Shown: positions 49,123 to 58,862 of the stretch, in pieces
Numbering within the stretch: position 1 is the first letter of the stretch
Layout: every line of letters starts with the position of its first letter
Assembly (NCBI GenBank): GCA_965603825.1
Contig: CBFDEM010000023.1
Location: forward strand, 62,001-126,000
Direction of reading: 5' to 3'
Source: Blepharisma stoltei ATCC 30299
Taxonomy: Eukaryota > Protista > Ciliophora
Length of the DNA: 64,000 bases
Translations under genes and position numbers: made by a program
The notes under the pieces: model-generated
Told to the model about the DNA's origin: nothing
Seen by the model: the letters and a program-made list of their open reading frames with translations, nothing else
The model's database searches: none

Positions 49123-51450
49123 ATGCCATTAAATCTTGAGATTTCTCGTTCAAACTTCACTAAAAATCCTGCTGTTTCTTTAGAACTTAATGCTGCTGAG
49201 AGAGGAGTTATAGATGGAACAGGTGGTGCAGTCAATTTTAATTGCAAATATTTTGGCACCTGCTCTTTTAATGTCTCTTTCTGCTCTTTTTATTGAAATA
49301 GAGCTACATATAATGGAGGTGCGGTCAATTGAAAATATGCAAAATATATATTCAATGAAAATAAATTTGTAAGCAATTTTGCGGAATACGGGGATGATAT
49401 GAGCTCTTTTCCTGCTGCTATGGAATATGTAAATCAAAATAGCACCGTTGGAGATCATTCTGGAGCCAGAATGCTTACTACAAGTTTGACTTTAAACAAT
49501 GTTGCCTCAGGCCAAGAAAACAAATTTCCGATAGCTTTTGCCTTAGTAGATCACTTAAACCAAATTATCAAGACTGATAATATAAGCCAAGCTCAGCTGC
49601 AAGTTGTAAGCCCTTCTTCAGCTCTTATTTCTGGCTTAACAATAGTTTATGCTGTACAGGGAGTATTCAATTTCTCTGGCTACACAATCACCGCAAAGCC
49701 GGGGTCTTCAGCTCAAATAAGAGTTTACACTTCAGCAATCCAGGAAACAAGTGACAGCATTGAAGACCGCTCGAGCTTCTACATTGATGTCAAGCTTAGG
49801 CTCTGCGAGCTTGGAGAAGCCACTGTCAATGGGACTTGCTATGGTTGCAAGAAGCCTTACTACAGCTTGAATCCGAAAAACACTGCATGCTTGCCATGCC
49901 CTTCATCAGCCATTTGTTACGACAATTATACAATAGTTCCAAAGAAAGGATATTGAAGAAATAGCATGATGACAAGCATATTCTGAAAGTGCCCGTACTC
50001 AAAAGCTTGCCTGGGCTCTCCAGATATTCACAATTTATCTTATACAGGAGTTTGCAAGGAGGGCTATAAAGGGAATATGTGCCAGTCTTGTAAACATAAT
50101 TACTCAAGACTATATAAGAATGAATGCATAAAATGCCCTGGGATTGTTAGCAATGTCTTTAGACTACTTGGTTTTCTTGTTTTTATTATTGCCATTCTAG
50201 TTATAATGATAAAAACTGCAAGAAATTCTGTGTACAGATCAGAAGCTTTTACTTCAGTCTATATTAGGATATTCTGAAATTTCTTGCAGGTGCTGGTAAT
50301 AATAACGACTTTCAATTTAAACTGGCCCAATGAAGTAATTGAGCTTTTTCATATAAATGATATTCTTGATTATACTGGGCAGCTATTATACTCTTTAGAA
50401 TGTTTTTTGCAGCTCTCGGTATCTCGAGATGATGTGTACTTTAAAAGGATTGTCATCTCCTCTGCAATGCCCTTTTGTCTCGGAATTTTCTGCTTTGCTG
50501 GCTGATTTCTTTGAAAGATCAAGACTAAGAGATTTCGTTATATAATGGACGATTTTATATCGACTGCTGTAGTCATGCTATTCTTAATCCATCCGAGCTT
50601 GATGTATGACCTGTTTAGTATTTATAGCTGTAAAGAAATCAATCAAGGAGAATTTTGGCTTAACGCGGAACTCGATATAAGATGCTGAACTCCAGAGCAT
50701 TCTTTCTATGCTTTTATCATAGCAATGCCAGCAATAATAATATGAGGAATTGCAGTGCCTGCCTTATGCCTTACTAATTTAGCTAGAAGCGAAGATAGGC
50801 TTGACGAAGTGTGAATAAAGTTGCGCTATGGATTTCTTTTCAATGGATATAAATCAAAGTATTATTACTGAGAGTTTGTAATTGCGTATTCAAAAATGAT
50901 TTTAATAGCTTTTTCCGTTTTTTTATCAAATGTGTCAATAGCTGTCCAAGCTATTGCTGTTGTCATCCTATTATACGTATTTCTACATACCCAGCGCAGA
51001 AACAAACCATTTATTTTGCAAATTTTTAATAGAATGGAATTTGTATCAAAATGTATCTCACTACTTACTGCATTTTCAGGTCTTTTCTTTTTAACAGGAG
51101 CTTTAAATTACCCTGGGAAATTTTTCCTTCTTGTAGTTGTGCTGCTATCAAATATAGTATTTGCTCTCTGATGCCTTTATAAGTCTACTCTTGAAGCTTT
51201 TAAAATTATAAAAATTCTAATTCTGGCTCTCAAACGAGGCAGAGTAGAGATAGGAATTGATGAAAATTATGAGTCAAATGTAGACTCCTGCAATGTAGAA
51301 AATTCAAAATATCAAGATCAAAGCTATAATCTCGTGCCAAATCAAACCAGAATAGGTACTAATACTGAAAACTTAGAGAAATCTTTAAATGATCAGGATA
51401 GTTTATGTTGCGAAAAAGATCCATTTCCTTCAGAAGCAGGTAGTATGTAA
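49123..51450 (+). CDS. 5'-truncated inverted duplicate of the Pmp-repeat/Cys-rich/multi-TM gene; open 775-aa frame with a new ATG
   Basis: Near-identical to the reverse complement of ~58183-60501; only TGA (Trp) interruptions; ATG 49123 lies just outside the homology. Confidence 0.75.
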
Positions 51451-51530
51451 TTTGATTTTGAATTTAATCATATATAATTTACGTAGAGTAATTAAAATTT
51501 GTGTCTTTGTGCTAAATGATTTTTCATTTA
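49130..51530 (+). repeat. Left arm of ~2.4-kb inverted repeat (right arm ~58102-60501)
   Basis: Mirror ORFs in the track (49399/60234, 50077/59556, 50284/59349, 50896/58737) and matching 3' spacer. Confidence 0.92.
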
Positions 51531-51765
51531 TATGCTCTTTTAAGTTTCAGTCACCATATCTTACACTTCTATTAAGATACATCTGCCTTCTTCCTGCATC
51601 CCATGCATTTACCTCTAAGTTCCCTTTTTATAAGGAGCCCCTAAACTTTACTTGATAACTTTTCGGCTTCAATGGCTCATGTCGGTATCGCTCTTTCTTG
51701 TCTGACTTAGCTGTGCTCTAGCTAAAAGTTTGTCCTCTATGATGGGTAAGATGAGAACCATCTAA

Positions 51766-53777
51766 CCCCTTAGGTCCAGTAGTTAACTGCACACCTCTGG
51801 CTCTTTGATTCTCCAGTTTAGCCAAAACAGGATTCATCTTAGAATCTAAATTTTTATATATAATTATTATAATGACGGCTTATTATAACCTATTTTATTC
51901 TAAATCTGCATTTTTTGGAGTAGTTCAGCACGGTCTCGGTCTAATATGTCTTTAATAAAATTGATATCTTTTTCAGTGAGTATATTGAATGAAAAGCTCT
52001 CACAGCTGATCATTGAAGAAGCAAAAGAAGATGAGAAAGAACCAAAAGCTCCTGAAATAATAAGTTCAAAGAAAATCAAAGAAATAGATATGATTGAATT
52101 AGAAGCATACATTGGGGTGATAATTACGATGGGAATTAATAGGAAACCAAATTATCATATGCATTGGAATACTCATGGGTTATGAGAGAGTAGTCTTATA
52201 TCAAAGGCCTTAGGACTCAAAAGATTTATAAATATTGGAAGCAATTTTCATCTTTCTGATCCTTTCTACTCATCAAACTCACAAGATAAACTAGAAAAAT
52301 TGAATCCACTAATGAGTCAAATCGAAGCAAAATCTCAACAATATTATCATCTAGGGCAAAGCATAGCAATTGACGAATCTATGATTGCTTTCAAAGGAAG
52401 AAATTCCATGAAGCAGTATCTTCCAATGAAACCAACTAAATGAGGATTCAAAAATTTTGTCTTAGCAGATTCAAGCAACGGTTATGTTTATAGATTCATT
52501 ATTTACCCAGGAAAAACGAATCTTCTGAATTCTCTCCTGATAACGTTTGCTTGAGGCTTTTGCAAGGACTAGAAAATCAAAATTTTCATCTTTATATTGA
52601 TATTTAATATAATTCAATACCATTGCTATTGAAATTGAAAGAATTTGGAATTGAATGCACTGGCACAATAAAACAAAATCGAAAATATCTTCCGAAGGAC
52701 TTCAAAAAGATTATTGCAGGAATAAATCAAAGTGAGTATCTGTTTATAAGAGCAGATCAGATACTTTTATCTTGTTGGCATGACAAAAAGATGGTTGTTT
52801 GTGCAACTAATGCAGGAACATCAGCTGCAATCACAAAGAAAAGAGGCAAAAGTGAAATCATTACAATTCCAGAAATTATTGAACGCTATAATAAACATTT
52901 CCCGCACATAATGGTGCTTTTGCGCCAAAAGTTTGGAAGTGCTTATCCTGTCAATTCTGAAAAAAGTTGCAGTATGAGTGGAGATTTTGCGTCAGCAGTA
53001 GTCTCTTCGGTGCTGAATCCATGGAATGCAGGAGTTAAAGCGAAGATGGAAGCATGGTGCAATGGGTGATGGCATGGAGACAGCACATGATGATCCAAAA
53101 TGTTAAAAATTGAAGCAAACTGAAGAAAATAAAGTTTTAGTGAACCTTAAAGATACCAAAATTGTCAATTGAGTTGGTGCTAGAGTTGTAGTTGGATCTA
53201 ATGCTGCAGTTATGCTAGTGTTTTTTCCTGGAATCGTTGATGTTGTTGTCGGTACATATGATGCTGCAAAAGACTTATTGATTTTAATTATGAGAAATAA
53301 GAAGTAAAGGCACCTCGGGTGCGATAAAGCATAATTTATTTATTTATTGAACGCTATAGGAAATTTATGAGAGGTATTGATATGTTCGACCAAAATATGA
53401 CTTATTATTTATACCCTCATAGAACAATCAAATGATGGAAAAACTGTATTTTTTATTTTCTTGAGATAGCACTGAATAATTCATATATTCTATATAAAAG
53501 CCACATGATTTCATTGAATCAAAAATTTTTATCATATGATAAATACCGCATTCAAATTGCAGTTTCTTTGTGCGAAAAAAGCAAAGCTAGAAGAGAAAAT
53601 AAAACTGTAATAAATCAAGCAATTTCAGGAATGCATTGGATAATAAAAATTGAAAATACAAAAGAATGCATCTTCTACTATTATCAAAAAGGAAAGAAAT
53701 CAAGGACTCCTTATATTTGTTCAGAATGTAAGATGCACCTTCATCCAAATTGCTTTTATAGTTATTGCAATACATAA
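51766..53777 (+). mobile_element. Decayed piggyBac-family transposon / transposase pseudogene
   Basis: IAIDESMIAFKGR...KQYLPMKPTKWGFK..VLADS.NGY; second D in HLYIDI*YNS; third D in FMRGIDMFDQ; KWW; C-terminal RT.Y.C.EC..LHP.CF. Frameshift ~52513, stop ~52604; candidate left end CTAA|CCCCTTAGG; right TIR not found. Confidence 0.88.
52891..53343 (+). mobile_element. 453-bp 5'-truncated non-LTR retroelement/SINE-like insertion nested in the piggyBac
   Basis: 15-bp target-site duplication TTATTGAACGCTATA (52876-52890 and 53344-53358), (ATTT)n tail, GCACC-TCG-GGTGC hairpin 53310-53322; removal restores IERYRKFMRGID. Confidence 0.8.
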
Positions 53778-53780
53778 TAG

Positions 53781-53900
53781 TTTAATATTCATCATATAAC
53801 AAGTTCTCCTTATAATCCTCGTGCACAAGTGACAGTAGAAAACATAAAAAATGCAGTAATATTATATTTAATTCTAAATTTAGCATTATCAGATCAGTCT
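53781..53900 (+). pseudogene. Retroviral-type (rve) integrase-like fragment
   Basis: FNIHHITSSPYNPRAQVTVENIK resembles the H..S.PY.P..NG.VER motif; short and degenerate. Confidence 0.4.
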
Positions 53901-54664
53901 ACTTAATTTTAATATAATTTATTCTAGAAATTGTAGTTCTTTACTGTATTTGCATAGAAACTTATATAGAAGTTTTTCAGCTGATATAAAAATTCAGGTG
54001 TGTGAGATATTAATAATGCTTTGCTTTCTATATTGAGGCATTATAATAACGAGAGAAAGCATACTATAAGAGGCTTCGATTCATTTTTCATAATTATTTT
54101 GTTTGGAAATTATTTTAAGTATATTTGAAATTGCACTATAACTTGCTTTATACCAAGCTCTGTATTTTTTTCTAGATCTGGTAAGCTATATAAGAATGTT
54201 TTGATAAACGTATACTATGATATCTATGCAGAAGTTTTATCATATAGGTGGTAGGCTAGCAATACATAGCAAACTTGCAAAAAAAGGAAAATGACTTAAA
54301 TTGACTAAGCCTCGTTTTCAGATTCGTCAAAGGAGATGGCTATATGCAGCAACAATAACTGCTGTTAAACGTGGCTATTTAGAAATTTTATAAATATTTC
54401 TGTTAATTATTGCCTTCTCAATTAGTTAAAGCTCTTTAAATTATGAAGTTATAGCTATTATAAATAAAATAATATTTTAGAATGGCACCAAATTAAGATC
54501 AAAAGACTTAGGACTTTTTTATTTTTAAATATATACTTTTCTTGAAAAGATTTATCATTTTTAGCTCCTTTTTTATATATTAATTATTGCTTTATTGACT
54601 TTTCAGATGTAATTTCTATTCATGACTATATATATTTCCTTTGTCCTACAGGGGGGGGGGGTGT

Positions 54665-55900
54665 ATATATAAGGATACTCTTAGCTTTATTTGCAAAATC
54701 CGGTATGCCATAAATTCTGCAAGTGTTTAAAAAGTGTTTATTTTGTCTACCATTATATCTCCTCCCTTTTTTATTATCTGATTTGTTATATTATCTAGTC
54801 CAGGAGCTTTCCTATTAGGCAAAGGTTTAATAATATTCTTAAAATTTTGAGTTTCAAAATTCATCTTCTAGACATCCTTTTGTGAAATAAAAGATATCAT
54901 ACTCTTAAATAATCTTCAAATTCTTTTGTTCAAATTTGAATCTCAAATGCATTCATTGATAAGACCAATCTATTTTTATTTAATAATCTATTTATTTTGC
55001 TTCAAGCTCCATAGGGATCATTTATGTAATGTTTTGATCTATGCTCACATATTATTTGATATCTATTTAGAATTTTTAACTGATCAATGCATATTTTCTT
55101 TACTTTGTATTTCAATAAATTCTTTATTTTTCTGAGAATGGCAAACTTTGATTCATTCTTTGAGTTTGTTAATTCTTTTTCTTAGGGTTTTCACTTCTGG
55201 AGTTTTAAAATGTTTCGGTTGTAAATTAGTCTTTTATGATAATTGATTCTTCATAATATCGCTATAGATCTGAGAAGGGTTATTTGTTATGAAAATACCT
55301 TTTTCTTTAAATTTAAGGAAGAGTCTGTTTTTAAAGGCTTTAAGTGCATCTCCTTCTAGCTTGCATCATGAAATAACTGTTTTTTGAGTTCCTAGTGATA
55401 TAATTATTAAAATACGTGATAGAAGTAAAATATGGTTGTATTTAATTGAGAGACTTCTTTATAAAAAATTTTCTGATGTTGAGTTTGAGAGAATTTAATT
55501 AATAATTGTGTGTGTATTATGACCTCTAAAAGTAGATATGTGCATATAATTGAGAATAAATGAGAATCTTTAATAAATTTATAAAATATTTCTCCTGTTA
55601 GATCATCGATCTAAGAAAAATATCCTTTTAGATGTGCATTAAAATCACCCAATAGTTCTATTTGATGTCTATCCTTTGATTCTTTTGAATAATTTCTTGA
55701 ACTATTGATAAATTTAATCGATTTCTTACTACTGGGGCATAAGCTACTATTATTAAGTAATCTTCAATTAATGTTGCTAATATTCTATGATTATTAGTTT
55801 CAATAGATATTATTAGATTTGCAAATGCATCATGTATTAATAATCCAGTTCCACTTGATCCTCAGTTGCCAGCAATCGGCCCATTATTTCCAATTCAGAT
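54665..55900 (-). mobile_element. Decayed LINE ORF2 fragment (APE endonuclease + start of reverse transcriptase)
   Basis: Minus-strand SGTGLLI, IIVAYAP (55733-55744), LLGDFNAH (55632-55649), TF.G...TII, then LPNRKAPGLDNI...K (54793-54810) and GIP....A.SILIY; many stops and frameshifts; not in the ORF track. Confidence 0.82.
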
Positions 55901-56650
55901 AAATCCTTGAAGAAACTAAAGAAATCAAGCCAGCCCAAAAACTTCATGAAAAAATTAAAGAAATTCCCCTAAAAATTTAAGAAAAATTGATCAAAAAAAT
56001 CCCAGTTTACGTCGGCTTAGATTTGGAAGAATATTTCGGGACATCCTTAATTCCTCTTATCACATCCGCTCTAGGCGCTTTTGCTTCAAGCTTGTCCAAA
56101 GAGCAGGCAATCCAAAATGATTTAAAAGAGTTAGTCACCTGTGGTGTAAGAGTTTATTCCCCTGCCTGCAAAGTTTCAGATAAATGAAAATTCACAAATT
56201 CCCTTCATTTAACGTCAATTTTCATAGGAGGAAATTAAGAAAAATTAAAATCAAGTTTTAATATGCATTTTTTATCAATATATTATTAAAATTATTTTTA
56301 TAGAAATAATTATTATTATATTACTAGCAGGCAATTTGGTATAGAGAATTCCGAGAAAATGCTGAATGCGTTTGAGGCTTACTAATATCGTCTATGTCCC
56401 ACAAAAGCTAATTTGTGCATCTGCTGTGTCCACTGATGGGTATTTTAGGATTGAAAATAAAATGCCGCATGTTACTTGACTAGTAGGAAAATGGCCTGCA
56501 AATTAAATAATGAAGTGTTCATGTTTGCGAACTTGCAGGATAATGTAAGCAGAAGCCATAAAAATTTAATGAAAGAAAGTGTGGACATATACACAATAAA
56601 GCTGTATCCACAATGGTTTTCTAAAGGAGTAAAACAATAATACAATTAAT
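55901..56650 (+). pseudogene. 3' fragment pseudogene of the Trl1-type ligase (CPDase part)
   Basis: IPVYVGLDLEEYFGTSLIPLITSAL nearly identical to the intact gene; TAA stops, frameshifts and an ~80-bp insertion. Confidence 0.9.
56262..56341. other. ~80-bp very AT-rich TA-bounded insertion (IES-like)
   Basis: Absent from the intact gene at ~44509. Left end TATGC, right end reads TATAC on the other strand; an alternative alignment gives 56259-56339 (81 bp). Confidence 0.7.
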
Positions 56651-56739
56651 AAAAAATTAGTTAGAAAATAAATTGACTTATCTTCTGGCAATTTTTTTGC
56701 TATTTCTCTAAATTTAAAAATTTAGTATTGTGAGTTTCC

Positions 56740-58862
56740 TTAATAAGCGTTTTATAATTACCAATACTGAGCATGGTATGACAAAATCTCCAAAGCGAAT
56801 ATTTTTGCTGTCTTAAAGAAGATACATTAAATATTATTTTAAATATGGAGTTAAATAAAGTAATCTCAAGTGTTAAAATTATTGTGCATGGTTTTATAAG
56901 TAAATTAAAAAATATAGGCTTATACGAGTTTGTTTGTTTTAAATAATTTATTTGCTTCTTGATTTCTGTTTAAACTTTTAAAAAAGCTGAAGCTAGAAAC
57001 TTTAATTAGCGAAAGCATTTATTGAGATTTTATAAATATAGGACCATTTAGCACAAGAATACCAATTTTAATTACTTTACGTCAATTATATATGATTAAA
57101 TTCAAAATCAATTACATACTGCCTGCTTCTGAAGGAAATGGATCTTTTTCGCAGCATAAGCTATCCTGATCATTTAAAGATTTCTCTAAGTTTTCAGTAT
57201 TAGTACCTATTCTGGTTTGATTTGGCACGAGATTATAGCTTTGATCTTGAATTTTTGAATTCTCTACGTTGCAGAAGTCTATATTTGACTCATAATTTTC
57301 GTCAATTCCGATCTCTACTCTGCCTCGTTTGAGAGCCAGAATTAAAATTTTTATAATTTTAAAAGCTTCAAGAGTACACTTATAAAGGCATCAAAGAGCA
57401 ATGCTATATTTGATAGCAACACAATTACAAGTAGGAAAAATTTGCCAGCGTAATTTAAAGCTCCTGTTAAAAAGAAAAGACCTGAAAATGCAGTAAGTAG
57501 TGAGATACATTTTGATACAAATTCCATTCTATTAAAAATTTGCAAAACAAATGGTTTGTTTCTGCGCTGGGGATGCAGAAACACATATAATAGGATGACG
57601 ACAGCAATAGCTTGGACAGCTATTGACACATTTGATAAAAAAACGGAAAAAGCTATTAAAATCATTTTTGAATACACAATTACAAACTCTCAGTAATAAT
57701 ACTTCGATTTATAGCCATTGAAAAGAAATCCATAGCGCAACTTTATTCACACTTCGTCAAGCCTATCTCAATTTCTAACTAAATTAGTAATAGAACGTTT
57801 TTTCTTCTTGATAAGCTTTTTATAATTACCAATACTGAGCATGGTATGACAAAATCTCCAAAGCGAATACCTTTGCTGTTTTAAAGAGGATACGTTAAAT
57901 ATTATTTTATAATATGGAGTTAAATAAAGTAATCTTAAGTATTAAAATTATTGTGCATGGTTTTATAAGTAAATTAAAAAATATAGGCTTATACGAGTTT
58001 GTTTGTTTTTGAAAAAATTTATTTGCTTCTTGATTTCTGTTTAAACTTTTAAAAAAACTGAAGCTAGAAACTTTAATTAGCGAAAGCATTTATTGAGATT
58101 TTATAAATATAGGACCATTTAGCACAAGAATACCAATTTTAATTACTCTACGTCAATTATATATGATTAAATTCAAAATCAATTACATACTGCCTGCTTC
58201 TGAAGGAAATGGATCTTTTTCGCAGCATAAGCTATCCTGATCATTTAAAGATTTTTCTAAATTTTCAGTATTAGTACCTATTCTGGTTTGATTTGGCACA
58301 AGATTATAGCTTTGATCTTGAATTTTTGAATTTTCTGCATTGCAGTGGTCTATATTTGACTCATAATTTTCGTCAATTCCGATCTCTACTCTGCCTCGTT
58401 TTAGAGCCAGAATTAAAATTTTTACAATTTTAAAAGCTTCAAGAGTACATTTATAAAGGCATCAGAGAGCAAATGCTATATTTGATAGCAGCACAATTAC
58501 AAGTAGGAAAAATTTGCCAGCGTAGTTTAAAGCTCCTGTTAAAAAGAAAAGACCTGAAAATGCAGTAAGTAGTGAGATACATTTTGATACAAATTCCATT
58601 CTATTAAAAATTTGCAAAATAAATGGTTTGTTTCTGCGCTGGGTATGTAGAAATACGTATAATAGGATGACAACAGCAATAGCTTGGACAGCTATTGACA
58701 CATTTGATAAAAAAACGGAAAAAGCTATTAAAATCATTTTTGAATACGCAATTACAAACTCTCAGTAATAATACTTTGATTTATAGCCATTGAAAAGAAA
58801 TCCATAGCGCAACTTTATTCACACTTCGTCAAGCCTATCTCAATTTCTAACTAAATTAGTAA
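56740..58862. repeat. Tandem duplication, period ~1071 bp (spacer + 3' end of Pmp/TM gene)
   Basis: Stop codons at 57112 and 58183; unit 1 breaks at ~57790, matching 58862. Confidence 0.88.
57112..57790 (-). pseudogene. 3' fragment of Pmp/TM gene with frameshift
   Basis: Same MILIAFSVFLSNVS... peptide; 1-bp deletion near 57400; no 5' part. Confidence 0.85.

Larger units (their letters stand above)
55901..57307 (+). repeat. Direct repeat copy B of 44122-45577
   Basis: Begins aaatccttgaagaaactaaagaaatcaagccagccc, matching 44122; ends cataattttcgtcaatt, matching 45577. Confidence 0.9.

Noticed and set aside
51555-51761. Unassigned ~200-bp segment between the inverted repeat and the piggyBac
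   Set aside because: Frames are short and unrecognisable; origin undetermined.
55728-55745. ACTACTGG..TAAG as the right terminal repeat of the piggyBac
   Set aside because: Only a partial match, no GGG-TTAA end, and it is the YAP motif of the LINE endonuclease on the minus strand.
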